64,000 nucleotides of DNA from contig JANNXA010000010.1 of NCBI GenBank assembly GCA_031409275.1, forward strand, positions 196,040 through 260,039, written 5' to 3'. Numbering within the stretch: position 1 is the stretch's first letter; each line of letters begins with the position of its first letter. Origin of the DNA: Planctomycetota bacterium. GTDB lineage: Bacteria; Planctomycetota; B15-G4; SIAN01. Position numbers and translations under genes: made by a program. Positions 10,650-21,087 of the stretch are shown piece by piece. The notes beneath the pieces were generated by a model. That model searched no databases. It was not told where the DNA came from and worked only from the letters and a program-made list of their open reading frames with translations.

Positions 10650-11149
10650 CAGAGTTCTCCGGCAGCGGCCGTTGCCGGCACTGCGTGATTGCGCGCGCCG
10701 TCGCGGGCGCCATGCGCGTTCAAGACGCTCGCGCCACTCGCGAGCGCCTTCTCCTTGTCGAGCACGAGGAGCAGCTGCCCCTCGAGCTTGTAGACACCCT
10801 TCAACACTTCGCGGACGACGCCGGGCACGGTGTCGGGCGTCCGCTCGAACCGCTCGGGCTCGGCCGTCACGACGTCGCCGATCTCGTCGATCAGGAAGCT
10901 GACCGCGCCGTGATCGCTGCACACGACCAGGTTGATCGGCGTCTCGCCCTCGCCGCGATCGGGCAGCGACAGGCAGGCGCGCAGATCGATCGCCATGACG
11001 ATCTGGCCCCGCAGATTGAGCAGCCCGCGCACGATGCGCGGCGCCAACGGCACCCGCGTCATGCTCTGCGGCAGGACCACCTCCTGGACCTCGGCAACGT
11101 CGATGCCGAACCGGTGGCCCGCCAGCGTGAACGTGCAGTATTGATGCAT
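10649..11149 (-). CDS. cheW: Chemotaxis coupling protein CheW
   Basis: [36 protein letters not shown]. Confidence 0.95.
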   Translation of the reverse strand: MHQYCTFTLAGHRFGIDVAEVQEVVLPQSMTRVPLAPRIVRGLLNLRGQIVMAIDLRACLSLPDRGEGETPINLVVCSDHGAVSFLIDEIGDVVTAEPERFERTPDTVPGVVREVLKGVYKLEGQLLLVLDKEKALASGASVLNAHGARDGARNHAVPATAAAGEL

Positions 11150-11160
11150 GACGTTCTCCT

Positions 11161-13431
11161 TCAGGCGCCGGTCGCGACGGCCGCGAGATCGAACAGGCCC
11201 GGCTGCGCACGCTCGAGCGCCTGGCGCAAGCCGATCAGCTCGGTCACCTTCTCCTGCAGCACCACGGACTCGCTGCCGCGGGATGCGCTCGCGGTCTGAC
11301 GCACGCGAATCGCCTCGTAGACGATGTCGGGCACGCCATCGATCACGAGGCCGAAGTGGTGGCCCTCGAAGGCGTAGACGACGACGTGCGCGACGCCTTC
11401 GGCGCTCGTCCAGGACCGGTCACCGGCCGCGTGCACCAGCGGCATGATCTCGCCGCGGTACTGCACCACCGGCTGATCACCGCCGAACTCGATCTGCTCG
11501 CGCTTGAACTCCTCGAGGCGCGCGGCGTCGGCCAACGGAACCGCCATGCGACGGCCACCGGCCTGGAAGACCAGGACGGTGCTGGGTTCGACGAAGTCGG
11601 CAGCCTCATCCTCGCCGCGCTTGTCGGCGATGCCGTGCTCCTGCATCTTGGTCACCACGCCACCGGCATGGGCGACCCCGCACACGTCGAGGATCAGCGC
11701 CACGCGACCATCGCCCATGATGGTGACGCCGGCGTAGACCTCGATGCTCTTCAGCATCTTGCACAGCGGCTTGACGACGACTTCCTGCGTGTCGTAGATG
11801 TTGTCGACGACGAGGCCGAATTGCAGATCCTCGGCCTGCAGCACCACGATGTTCAGGCACTCGCGTTTGCGCGCGAGGATCTGCGCGCGATCGGCCTTGT
11901 CGCCGCTGAGCAGCGCATCGAGGTCGATCAGCGGCAGGAGGTTGCCGCGCAGCCGGTAGACCGGCGTCCCCTGGATGCTCTCGATCGCCGTCGGCACCTG
12001 TTCGGCGTCGATGCGGATCAACTTGACCAGGTTCACCTGCGGAATGGCGAAGCAGCTTCCGCCCGAGACGACCAGCAGCGCCGGGATGATCGCCAGCGTC
12101 GGCGGGATCTTGATGCGAACGGTGGCGCCCTTGCCGACGTGGCTCTTCAGTTCGATGTCGCCGCCGATCTTCTCGACGTTCGACTTCACCACGTCCATGC
12201 CGACCCCGCGGCCGGAGATGTTGGTGACCTTCTCGGCGGTGGAGAAGCCCGCGAGGAAGATCATCTGGATGGCGTCGCGATCGGACAGCGCGGCGGCCTG
12301 CTCGGGGGTCAGAAGCCCCTTCTCCAGCGCCTTCTTCTTGATGCGTTCGGGATCGATGCCGCCGCCGTCGTCGGAGATCTCGATGATGACCTGGCCGTTC
12401 TCCTGGAATGCGCGCAGCGTCACCACGCCTTCGGCGGGTTTGCCCTTCGCGGTGCGCGCCGCCGGCGTCTCGATGCCGTGGTCGATCGAGTTGCGGACGA
12501 GATGGGTGAGCGGGTCCTTGATCGCCTCGACGATGGTGCGATCGAGTTCCGTCTCCTTGCCCTCCATCTCGAGGCGGACCTGCTTGCCGCAGGCGAGCGA
12601 TACGTCGCGCACGACGCGCGGGAACTTGCTCCAGACGTTGCCGATCGGCTGCATGCGCGTCTTCATCACGCCTTCCTGCAGCTCGGAGGTGATGACATTC
12701 AATCGCTGCATCGTGGCGGTGAGGCCGGCATCGCCCTGGTTCGAGGTCAGCTGCAAGATCTGGTTGCGCGCCAGGACCAGCTCGCCGACCAGGTTCATCA
12801 GCTGGTCGATCAGGCCGACGTCCACACGCAAGCTGGTCTCGGCGACGCCGTGCTTGCCGCCGTCCCCCGCTTCCGCTTCGGCGGGCCGCTTGGCCTCCAC
12901 CGGAACCGCGGGTGCCACGACCAGCACGGCCACTGGAGCGGCGGCCACTGGCACAACAGCGACGGGCGCAGCGACGACCGGCGCAGCAGCGACCGGAACC
13001 GGATTCAGTGGCGCAGCGGCCGGCTTGGCGGCGCCCGCCTTGCTGCGCGACTCGTTTAGTTGCGTGATGTGCGCCTTCAAGGCGTCGTAGCTTTCGTCAC
13101 CCTCGCTGCCGTGATTCTCGATGCGGCCGAGGATCTCGCGCACGGCGTCGACGAGCTTGAGCAGCGCGGTGGTGAGTTCCCCGTCCAGCCCGAACGCGCC
13201 ATCGCGCAGCTTGGAGAGCAGGCTTTCACCGACGTGCGCGACCGCTTCGAGCTTCGAGAAGCCGAGGAATCCGCACGTCCCCTTGATCGTGTGGATCGAG
13301 CGGAAGATGCTGGCCAGGCGCTTGGGATCGCCGGGGTTCTTCTCGAGCGCCACGAACTCCTGATCGAGGCGGTCGAGGTTCTCGGCGCTCTCGACGAGGA
13401 ATTCGCGGACTAGATCGTCCATCTCGCCCAT
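11161..13431 (-). CDS. cheA: Chemotaxis histidine kinase CheA (Hpt, dimerisation, HATPase, two CheW-like domains)
   Basis: [56 protein letters not shown]; no P2 domain evident. Confidence 0.96.
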   Translation of the reverse strand: MGEMDDLVREFLVESAENLDRLDQEFVALEKNPGDPKRLASIFRSIHTIKGTCGFLGFSKLEAVAHVGESLLSKLRDGAFGLDGELTTALLKLVDAVREILGRIENHGSEGDESYDALKAHITQLNESRSKAGAAKPAAAPLNPVPVAAAPVVAAPVAVVPVAAAPVAVLVVAPAVPVEAKRPAEAEAGDGGKHGVAETSLRVDVGLIDQLMNLVGELVLARNQILQLTSNQGDAGLTATMQRLNVITSELQEGVMKTRMQPIGNVWSKFPRVVRDVSLACGKQVRLEMEGKETELDRTIVEAIKDPLTHLVRNSIDHGIETPAARTAKGKPAEGVVTLRAFQENGQVIIEISDDGGGIDPERIKKKALEKGLLTPEQAAALSDRDAIQMIFLAGFSTAEKVTNISGRGVGMDVVKSNVEKIGGDIELKSHVGKGATVRIKIPPTLAIIPALLVVSGGSCFAIPQVNLVKLIRIDAEQVPTAIESIQGTPVYRLRGNLLPLIDLDALLSGDKADRAQILARKRECLNIVVLQAEDLQFGLVVDNIYDTQEVVVKPLCKMLKSIEVYAGVTIMGDGRVALILDVCGVAHAGGVVTKMQEHGIADKRGEDEAADFVEPSTVLVFQAGGRRMAVPLADAARLEEFKREQIEFGGDQPVVQYRGEIMPLVHAAGDRSWTSAEGVAHVVVYAFEGHHFGLVIDGVPDIVYEAIRVRQTASASRGSESVVLQEKVTELIGLRQALERAQPGLFDLAAVATGA

Positions 13432-13488
13432 GCCCCGCCTCCCGAACGACCGCCGCTGCAGCCCGCCTCGCGCGCCAATCTCGGCGCC

Positions 13489-13517
13489 TCATCGTCGGGG
13501 TGCGACAGAAGACTGAA
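13489..13517 (-). promoter_or_regulatory. Putative sigma28 (FliA)-like promoter of the che operon
   Basis: TTCAG-N16-GACGATGA, ending 57 nt before the cheA start; resembles TAAAG...GCCGATAA. Confidence 0.35.
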
Positions 13518-13529
13518 GGAGCAAGGGAG

Positions 13530-14360
13530 ATGCCGGAGCTGCCCGAGGTGGAGACCACGCGGCGAGGCATCGCCCCGCACGTACTTGGCGCCGCGATCGT
13601 GCAGCTGGTGGTGCGCGACCGTCGCCTTCGCTGGCCGCTGCCGGCCGGCCTCGAAGCGCGCGTGGCCGGCGCCCGCATCGCCTCGGTCGAGCGGCGCGCG
13701 AAGTACCTGCTGCTGCCGCTCGCACGTCACGGTGCAACTGCCGGAACGCTGCTGCTGCATCTCGGAATGTCGGGCAGCCTGCGCGTGTTGCCGGCGACGA
13801 CGCCGGCGCGACCGCACGACCACGTCGACCTGGTGTTGGAGAGCGGCCGCTGCCTGCGTCTCCACGACCCACGGCGATTCGGTTGCCTGCTGCTGATCGA
13901 GGGCGATCCGCACCAGCATGCGTTGCTGCGCGACCTCGGCCCCGAGCCGCTCGAACGCAGCTTCGACGGAGCGCTGCTGGCCGCGCGTGCCCTCGGTCGC
14001 AGCGCGCCGGTGAAGAGCTTCCTCATGGATGGCACCGTGGTCGTCGGTGTCGGCAACATCTACGCCAACGAGGCGCTGTGGCGCGCCGGCATCGACCCGC
14101 GTCGCGCGGCGGGCCGCGTCGCGCGCGCCCGCTTCGACGCATTGGCTACCGCCGTGAAAGAGGTGTTGCGCGAGGCGATCGAGAAGGGCGGCACCACGCT
14201 GCGCGACTTCGTCCAGGTGGACGGCACCTCCGGCTACTTCCGCCTCGAACTCGCCGTCTACGACCGAGCCGGCGCGCCGTGCCCGCGCTGCCACGCGGCG
14301 ATCCGCGTCGCGCGAGTCGGCCAGCGATCGACCTTCTTCTGCACGCGCTGCCAACGCTGA
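13530..14360 (+). CDS. mutM: Formamidopyrimidine-DNA glycosylase
   Basis: MPELPEVET, HLGMSG, GVGNIYANEALW, C-terminal zinc finger CPRC...CTRCQ. Confidence 0.97.
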   Translation: MPELPEVETTRRGIAPHVLGAAIVQLVVRDRRLRWPLPAGLEARVAGARIASVERRAKYLLLPLARHGATAGTLLLHLGMSGSLRVLPATTPARPHDHVDLVLESGRCLRLHDPRRFGCLLLIEGDPHQHALLRDLGPEPLERSFDGALLAARALGRSAPVKSFLMDGTVVVGVGNIYANEALWRAGIDPRRAAGRVARARFDALATAVKEVLREAIEKGGTTLRDFVQVDGTSGYFRLELAVYDRAGAPCPRCHAAIRVARVGQRSTFFCTRCQR

Positions 14361-14445
14361 TCGGCGCGCCGCGCCAGCCGTATGATCCGCCGCTTCGCGA
14401 CGCCGCGCCGCGGCCTTGCGTTCCGCTCCACCTCGCGAGACCTCC

Positions 14446-15891
14446 ATGCTGTCGATGCTCGTCCCGTTCGTGCTCGCCTGTGCCGTCGGTGACTTGCGCG
14501 ATTCCGTCGTGAAGATCCACGTCACCGTGCGCGCACCCGACGCGATCCGGCCGTGGAGCAAGCAGCAGCCGACCGAGCAGTCGGGTTCGGGCGTCGTCCT
14601 CGAGGGCGGCCGCATCCTCACGAACGCCCATGTCGTGCGTTACGCGACGCAGGTGCGCGTGCAGCCGAACCAATCGAGCGAGAAGCTCAACGCCAAGGTG
14701 CGCGCGATTTCGGTGGGCATGGACCTCGCGCTGCTCGAGCTCGACGATGCGACGGCGCTCGCGACACGACCGGTGGCGACGCTCGCGACGACGCGACCGG
14801 CCGTCGGCGCGAAGGTCGCCGCCTTCGGCTTCCCGATCGGCGGCGACACGCTGTCGGTGACCGAGGGATCGATCTCGCGCATCGAGTATGCGCCGTACAA
14901 CGACGGCGAAGGCGGGTTGCGCATCCAGGTCGACGCCGCGATCAACCCCGGCAACAGCGGCGGCCCCGCCGCCGTCGACGGCCAGGTGGTCGGGCTCTGC
15001 TTCAGCGGCATCCGCGGCGCCGACAACATCGGCTACGTGATCCCGAGCGAAGAGCTGCGGACGTTCCTCGACGATGCCGCGGACGGCAGCGTCGATGGCA
15101 AGCCGCGCCTCGACCTGCGCCTGCAGACGCTCGAAAACCCGGCGCTGCGCACGCGACTCGGCATCGACAAGTCGGTCACCGGGCTGATGCTCACCGGCAC
15201 GCCGTCGGCGTCGACCGCGGGGCTCCTCGAGCCGTGGGACGTCGTGCAGCGCATCGGCCCGCACGCCATCGACAACGACGGCATGGTCGCCGGCGAGGAT
15301 GGCCTGCGCCTGTCGTGGCAGTACTGGGTCGCCTCGATCGAGCACGACGGCAAGGTGGCGGTGACGGTGGTGCGCGGCGGCAAGCCACTCGACTTGCAGC
15401 TGCCCATCGCGCCGCGCGGCGCGCAATTGCTGCCCACACTGGGGAATCGCTACCCGAGCTACTTCGTGTGGGGTCCGTGCGCCTTCTCGCCGGTCTATGC
15501 CGACTATGCCGGCGGCATCGTGCGCGGCGTGCTCGGCTCGAAGAGCCCGATCGTCGATCGGCTGGGCGATGACGTCGCCTTCGCCGGCGAGCAGCTCGTG
15601 ATGCTCTGCTCGCCGCTCCTCCCGCACCAGCTGTCGAAGGGCTACGACGCCGGCCCGTTCAGCGTGGTCGGCAAGGTGAACGGCGTCGCGATCAACAACC
15701 TCGCCCACCTGGTCGAAGTGCTGCGCGACCAGAAGGACGAGTTCGTCGTCATCGAGTTCGCCGATCAAGGCACCGAGACGCTGGTCTTCAAGCGCGCCGA
15801 CGTGCTGGCCGCGCAGGACGAGATCCTCGAAGACAACGGCATCCGCAATGCGTGCTCCACCGACCTCGAGAAGGTCTGGAAGAAGGAGTAG
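14446..15891 (+). CDS. Secreted HtrA/Deg-type serine protease with PDZ-like C-terminal domains
   Basis: GSGVV, LTNAHVV, DLALL, AAINPGNSGGP triad motifs; short signal-like N-terminus. Confidence 0.9.
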   Translation: MLSMLVPFVLACAVGDLRDSVVKIHVTVRAPDAIRPWSKQQPTEQSGSGVVLEGGRILTNAHVVRYATQVRVQPNQSSEKLNAKVRAISVGMDLALLELDDATALATRPVATLATTRPAVGAKVAAFGFPIGGDTLSVTEGSISRIEYAPYNDGEGGLRIQVDAAINPGNSGGPAAVDGQVVGLCFSGIRGADNIGYVIPSEELRTFLDDAADGSVDGKPRLDLRLQTLENPALRTRLGIDKSVTGLMLTGTPSASTAGLLEPWDVVQRIGPHAIDNDGMVAGEDGLRLSWQYWVASIEHDGKVAVTVVRGGKPLDLQLPIAPRGAQLLPTLGNRYPSYFVWGPCAFSPVYADYAGGIVRGVLGSKSPIVDRLGDDVAFAGEQLVMLCSPLLPHQLSKGYDAGPFSVVGKVNGVAINNLAHLVEVLRDQKDEFVVIEFADQGTETLVFKRADVLAAQDEILEDNGIRNACSTDLEKVWKKE

Positions 15892-15894
15892 TCG

Positions 15895-16806
15895 ATGCTC
15901 GGCGCGATCCTGGCGGCCTGTCTCGCACTTCAGGAAGTCGGCGTTCCTTCGACGCGCGCGCCGTCGCTGCCGCCGGAAGAGTTCGCGGGCTGCTGGCAGG
16001 ACGTCGCGGCACCGGGCCACTACCTCCTGCTCGAAGCGGACCGGCTGCGCGAGTTGACGGACGGGCGACTCCTCTTCTCTCGCGCCGACTACGACATCGA
16101 CCATTGCCTGCGCACGACGTGGGGTCGCCGCGTGCGCTGCGACTTCTCCTTCGACGGCGAGCTGCTCGTCGTCACCACCGGCGCCGACAGCGACCGCTTC
16201 CGCGCCGTCGCCGCGGACGCGACACCGGCGGCGCTCGACCCGCCGACACTCGCCTTCGCGACGCCGATCGCGCTGCCAGCCGAGCGCGTCGCCGCCCTGC
16301 AAGCGGAGTTCGCCCGGCGCCGCGAGCTCGACCAGATCGTGCGCACCGATCCCAAGCGACAGGCCGAGATGGCGACGGTCGATCCCGACAACACCGCGTG
16401 GCTCACCAGGCTGGTGCAGGAGATCGGCTGGATCGACGTCGAGCGCTTCGGGAAGGAGGCGGCGGGCGCGGCCTTCCTGATCGTGCAGCACAGCGGCGAC
16501 CTTCCGCTGATGATCGCCGCGCTGCCCATGATCGAACGCGACGTGCGGCAGCACGGGCTGAGTGGCGAGAACTACGCGCTGCTCTTCGATCGCCTGCAGG
16601 TGAACCTCGGGCGTCGCCAGCGCTACGGCTCGCAGCTCGGCAGCGACGAACAGGGGCGCCTCGTCGTCATCGCGCTCGAGGATCGTGACCACGTCGATGC
16701 GCTGCGCAAGGGACTCGGCATGGGGCCGCTCAAGCAGTACGTCGATTTCTTCCGCAGCGGTGCCGACCGGAAAGTCGTCGTCTACGAGGACGACGAGGTG
16801 AAGTGA
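15895..16806 (+). CDS. DUF6624-like exported protein
   Basis: DPDNTAWL...IGW, AFLIVQHS, YALLFDRLQVNLGRRQRYGSQL, as recalled for DUF6624. Confidence 0.75.
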   Translation: MLGAILAACLALQEVGVPSTRAPSLPPEEFAGCWQDVAAPGHYLLLEADRLRELTDGRLLFSRADYDIDHCLRTTWGRRVRCDFSFDGELLVVTTGADSDRFRAVAADATPAALDPPTLAFATPIALPAERVAALQAEFARRRELDQIVRTDPKRQAEMATVDPDNTAWLTRLVQEIGWIDVERFGKEAAGAAFLIVQHSGDLPLMIAALPMIERDVRQHGLSGENYALLFDRLQVNLGRRQRYGSQLGSDEQGRLVVIALEDRDHVDALRKGLGMGPLKQYVDFFRSGADRKVVVYEDDEVK

Positions 16807-17672
16807 GCTCTCCGTTGCGCGTCGTCTCCCTCAATTGCAGCAACACCGAGATCGTCGCGGCGCTCGGCCTCGGCGAGATGCTGGTCGGCGTCGATGACGA
16901 CTCCGACTTTCCCGTCGAGCTGCTGGCGCGGCTGCCACGCGTCGGCCGTGACCTCGACATCGACGTGGCGAAGGTCGCCGCGCTGCGCCCCGACCTCGTC
17001 CTCGCATCGAACACGGTGCCGGGCCACGAGAAGGTCATCGCGCGCCTTGCCGCGGCGGGACTCCCCCACTACGCGCCCGAGACGATCACGCTGGCCGACG
17101 TGGCCACGGACATCCGCGAGATCGCGCACCGCCTCGGCTACGACGCCCGCGGCGAGACGGTCGCGCGCGAGCTCGAAGGAGCGGTGGCGGCGGCACTCGA
17201 ACAGGTCGAGCGCGACGAGGAGCAGCGGCCGGGCGCCGCTTCGCGCCGGCCGCGCGTGCTGGTCGAGTGGTGGCCCAAACCGGTGATCGTGCCAGGACGA
17301 CGCAGCTGGGTGACCGAGCTGATCGCGGCGGCCGGCGGCGAGAACCCGTTCGGTCGCGACGCCGCGAAGAGCCGACCGGTGCGCGACGACGAGGTGGTTG
17401 CCGCCGACCCCGACGCCGTCGTCCTCTGCTGGTGCGGCGTGAAGCCGGAGAAGTATCGAAGCTCGGTGGTGACCGGACGCGCGGCGTGGCAAGGCGTCGC
17501 CGCGTTGCGTCGCGGCGTGATCCGCGCGATCCCGGAGGCGTTCCTCGGCCGTCCCGGCCCGCGGCTGCTCGACGGGTTGCGCGCGCTGCAGCGCGTCGTC
17601 GTCGACGCACGAACCGCGAGGACGCGCGAAGAGGCCGAGCGGGGCTTCCCGACGCGCCAGGAATCGCCCTGA
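16803..17672 (+). CDS. BtuF-like helical-backbone cobalamin/metal-binding protein
   Basis: RVVSLNCSNTEIVAALG, LRPDLVL, ELIAAAGGEN, RPGPRLLDG; no signal peptide. Confidence 0.85.
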   Translation: MSSPLRVVSLNCSNTEIVAALGLGEMLVGVDDDSDFPVELLARLPRVGRDLDIDVAKVAALRPDLVLASNTVPGHEKVIARLAAAGLPHYAPETITLADVATDIREIAHRLGYDARGETVARELEGAVAAALEQVERDEEQRPGAASRRPRVLVEWWPKPVIVPGRRSWVTELIAAAGGENPFGRDAAKSRPVRDDEVVAADPDAVVLCWCGVKPEKYRSSVVTGRAAWQGVAALRRGVIRAIPEAFLGRPGPRLLDGLRALQRVVVDARTARTREEAERGFPTRQESP

Positions 17673-17674
17673 CG

Positions 17675-18295
17675 ATGGCGCTCCTCGAGGTTTCGTGGCG
17701 ACCGAGCAGCACGCCGCTCGATGCGGCCACGGCCGCCTTCCTCGCGGACGCGCAGGCGCGCATCGACGCCTTCTTCGAGGAGCGTTGGCAGGAGCCGATC
17801 GTCGGTTTCGTGCCCAGCGACTTCGCCAAGGTGTGGCCCGCGCTCGCCGCGCTGATCGAGCAGGAGCTGGCGCGGGGCATGCGCTTCTGCGAATGGGGCT
17901 GCGGCTTCGGCGTCGTGGCCGGTCTCGCCCGGCGACTCGGCTTCGACGCTCACGGCATCGAGATCGAGCGCGACCTGATCGACGCCGCACGGCCGCTGCT
18001 GGCCGCGCACTCCCTCGACGTGAAGCTCGCCTGCGGCAGCTTCATCCCGCCCGGCGGCGAGCGCCTCGCGGAGATCCGCGCCGAGATGGCGTGGCTGGTC
18101 ATCGGCGGTCCCGACGGTCACGCCCTGCTGCAGCGTGAGCCCGACGATTGGGATGTCGTCTTCGCCTACCCATGGCCCGGCGAGGAGCATGTCGTCGAGC
18201 GGTTGTTCGATCGCTACGCCCGCGACGGCGCGCTGCTGGTCACCTATCGCACCGAGAAGGGCACGCGCGTGCAGAAGAAGAGCGGGCGGCGGTAA
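17675..18295 (+). CDS. Class I SAM-dependent methyltransferase
   Basis: FCEWGCGFGVV (motif I), GIEIE, DVVFAYPWPGEE. Confidence 0.8.
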   Translation: MALLEVSWRPSSTPLDAATAAFLADAQARIDAFFEERWQEPIVGFVPSDFAKVWPALAALIEQELARGMRFCEWGCGFGVVAGLARRLGFDAHGIEIERDLIDAARPLLAAHSLDVKLACGSFIPPGGERLAEIRAEMAWLVIGGPDGHALLQREPDDWDVVFAYPWPGEEHVVERLFDRYARDGALLVTYRTEKGTRVQKKSGRR

Positions 18296-18460
18296 CGGCG
18301 GGAGCGGCTCGAGCTGGAGGTCCTTGCGGCCGACGTCGGTCTCCGCTGAATCGAACGAGTGAATCGAACGAAGTCGGCCGGGCGTGGTAAGTGCGGTTCT
18401 GAACAAGCTGCGACGCGAAGTACATTCACACGACCGCACTCGACGCTGGAGCTCGCCGCC

Positions 18461-19966
18461 ATGCCCTTCGCATCACCGCTCGCATGGATCACCGCGCTGA
18501 CGATCGGCGCGCAGGAGACACCGGTGGCGCCGGTGGCGTCGGCTGATCCGGCCGCTCCCGCCACTCCCGTCGCTCCGCGCCAGCGCAGCGTCCTCTTCTA
18601 TTTGATCGACACCTGTCGCGCGGACCACCTGAGCGTGAACGGCTACGAACGGCCGACGACGCCCTACCTCGAGGAACTCGCGGCGCGCGGCACGCGCTTC
18701 TCCCACTGCTTCTCGCAGGCGCCGTGGACCAAGCCGTCGATGTCGGCGATCCTCACCTCGTGCTATCCGACGGTGACCGGGATGACCGACCTCATGGCGC
18801 AGCTCGACAACGCCTTCGTGACGTTGCCTGAGTCGTTCCGCGACGCGGGTTGGCACACCGTCGGTTTCTCGGCCAACCCGATCATGGGCCGCTTCTCGAA
18901 CTACAACCAGGGCTTCCGCCAGTTCACCGATGCCACGTCGATCATCCCCAACGGCGATCCGATCGGCTTCGCCAGCGGCTCGGCGAGACGGCTGAACGAC
19001 AAGGTCCTGCCGTGGATCGAGGCGAACGACCGCTGGCCCTTCTTCCTCTACGTCCACTCGGTCGACCCGCACGAGAACTACGAGCCGGCGCAGAAGTACC
19101 TCGAGATGTTCGCCGACCCAGCCGGCGAGAAGCAGTACCGCAGCTGGTGGAACGCGCTCTCCGCGCGGAAGGGGGCGCAGGCGGCGAACCGCTGCACGCC
19201 GACCAGCTTCGAGCTGGCGGGAGTGCCCGTCGACCCCTTCATCAAGTACGGAATCGACCTCTACAACGCCGACATCCGTGCCAACGACGACGAGATCGCG
19301 TTGCTGGTCGACAAGCTCGAGTCGAACCACGCGCTCGACGACATGATCGTGGTCGTGACCTCCGATCACGGCGAGGAGTTCATGGAGCACGGCAGCACCA
19401 GCCACGCCTTCTCGGTGTGGAACGAGCTGCTCCACGTGCCGTTGCTGATCATCGCGCCCGGCCTGGTGCCGGAAGGGCTGGTCATCGAATCGCCGGTCCA
19501 GTCGATCGACCTCTATCCGACCCTGCTCGACCTGGCCGGGATCGCGGCGCCGGAGGGGCTGCAGGGACGGAGCATGCGCCCGCTGCTGGAGGGACAGGAG
19601 CTCGAAGCGCGGCCGATCTTCTCCGAGAACCACACCGCGGCCGGCGGCGAGGCGATGCCGTTTGGACGGATGCTGAGCGTGATCGAGGGGCCGTGGAAGC
19701 TGATCTTGAACCTCGAATCGTCGGCTGGATTGCCACGGCCGCGCCGCGAGCTCTATCGGATCGACCGCGACTTCGGCGAGCGCGAGGAGCTCGCGGAGGC
19801 GAACGCCGAGATCGCCGATCGGCTCGAGACCACGGTCCTGACCTGGTGGGCGCGCAACCGCGCGCGCCGCGAGAAGGTCGACGTCAAGAGCCTCACGCTC
19901 GATCAGTTGAAGGAGGCCGACCCCGCCACGCTCGAGCAGCTGCGCAAGCTCGGCTACGTGCACTAG
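18461..19966 (+). CDS. Exported sulfatase-like (alkaline phosphatase superfamily) hydrolase/transferase
   Basis: LIDTCRADHL, SQAPWTKPSMSAILTS, VDPHENY, TSDHGEEF, HVPLLI, C-terminal LRKLGY. Confidence 0.88.
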   Translation: MPFASPLAWITALTIGAQETPVAPVASADPAAPATPVAPRQRSVLFYLIDTCRADHLSVNGYERPTTPYLEELAARGTRFSHCFSQAPWTKPSMSAILTSCYPTVTGMTDLMAQLDNAFVTLPESFRDAGWHTVGFSANPIMGRFSNYNQGFRQFTDATSIIPNGDPIGFASGSARRLNDKVLPWIEANDRWPFFLYVHSVDPHENYEPAQKYLEMFADPAGEKQYRSWWNALSARKGAQAANRCTPTSFELAGVPVDPFIKYGIDLYNADIRANDDEIALLVDKLESNHALDDMIVVVTSDHGEEFMEHGSTSHAFSVWNELLHVPLLIIAPGLVPEGLVIESPVQSIDLYPTLLDLAGIAAPEGLQGRSMRPLLEGQELEARPIFSENHTAAGGEAMPFGRMLSVIEGPWKLILNLESSAGLPRPRRELYRIDRDFGEREELAEANAEIADRLETTVLTWWARNRARREKVDVKSLTLDQLKEADPATLEQLRKLGYVH

Positions 19967-20140
19967 CAGCCCGTTGGAGAAGTCACCGCGAGTCTGCCGA
20001 GCGAATTTCGAGTCGGGACGAGGAGGAGGTTCGAAGCCAACTCCCCTTGAGTTGTCGAGTTGCGAAGCACGTTCTGACTCCGACGAAGTACCGGCTTGAA
20101 AGACGCCGCCAGGCGACACAGGGAGTTCTCCAACGGGCTG
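19967..20140. mobile_element. 174-bp MITE-like element with 15-bp perfect terminal inverted repeats and CTAG on both sides
   Basis: CAGCCCGTTGGAGAA (19967-19981) and TTCTCCAACGGGCTG (20126-20140); CTAG at 19963-19966 and 20141-20144; no transposase; internal hairpins such as CAACTC-CCCTT-GAGTTG. Confidence 0.8.
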
Positions 20141-20394
20141 CTAGCCGCCTGGCTTCATGAGCCGCTGCTGCGGCTCGCTGGCCGCCACGGGGCGCCGTCC
20201 GGCCGTGATATCTCCCGCGCCCCGCGCACCCTTGCGCCGCCGCGAGTCGCGCCGGCCGCCGGATCCCCTGCGCCCGGCGGCTTCCAGCCCCCTGGCACGC
20301 CGCTAGCATCCTCGCCTTTTCCGGCCTCGGCGGGCGCGCGCGGCATGCGGCGCGATCGGCGACGGGCCGGCTGATCTGCGAGCCGGAGGGTTTC

Positions 20395-21087
20395 ATGGGC
20401 TGGGTTTGCCGGCTGTACCGATCCTCGATCGGCGCCAAGGCCGTGATGGCGCTGACCGGGATCCTGCTCCTGCTGTTCCTGATCGCGCACCTGCTCGGGA
20501 ACCTGCAGGTCTTCGCCGGCGCGGACGCCGTCAACAGCTACGCCGAGAAGCTGCAGAGCCTCGGCCCGCTGTTGTGGGTGGCGCGCATCGGATTGCTGGT
20601 GATCGTCGGCGTGCACGTGGTCACGGCGCTGCGGCTGGCGAAGGCCAACGATGCCGCGCGCCCCGTCGCCTACGCGAAGAAGGCGCACCGGCAGGTGAAG
20701 CCGCAAACGCGGACCATGGTGATGACGGGGCTGGTCATCCTCGCCTACGTCGTCTACCACCTCGCCCACTTCACCTGGGGCTTCGTGCTCCACGACTACT
20801 ACGGCCAGACCGACGCGCTCGGCCGCCACGACGTCTACGCCATGGTCGTGCGCAGCTTCCAATGCTGGTGGGTCTCGGCGAGCTACCTCGTCGCGATGGT
20901 GCTGCTGGCGCTGCACCTCTGCCATGGCGTGACCAGCGCGTTCCAGACCTTCGGCTTGAACCACTCGAAGTACGCGTCCGCGCTGAAGCTCGCCGGCCCG
21001 GCGATCGCGACGCTGATCTTCCTCGGCTACGCCTCGATCCCCGTGGCCTGCTGGCTCGGGATCGTGCACCTCGCGGAGGGCGCGTGA
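20395..21087 (+). CDS. sdhC: Succinate dehydrogenase/fumarate reductase cytochrome b subunit
   Basis: [19 protein letters not shown], five TM helices with heme-ligand His residues, [11 protein letters not shown]. Confidence 0.93.
   Translation: MGWVCRLYRSSIGAKAVMALTGILLLLFLIAHLLGNLQVFAGADAVNSYAEKLQSLGPLLWVARIGLLVIVGVHVVTALRLAKANDAARPVAYAKKAHRQVKPQTRTMVMTGLVILAYVVYHLAHFTWGFVLHDYYGQTDALGRHDVYAMVVRSFQCWWVSASYLVAMVLLALHLCHGVTSAFQTFGLNHSKYASALKLAGPAIATLIFLGYASIPVACWLGIVHLAEGA

Noticed and set aside
9849..11210. 453-aa MCP as given in the ORF track, and similar extended starts for sdhA, sdhB, the kinase, CHAT and PVC proteins
   Set aside because: The extensions overlap upstream genes in another frame; starts were reassigned using stop/start overlaps and RBS
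16700..16803. Cobalamin riboswitch before the BtuF-like gene
   Set aside because: The gene overlaps the upstream CDS; there is no leader and no B12-box
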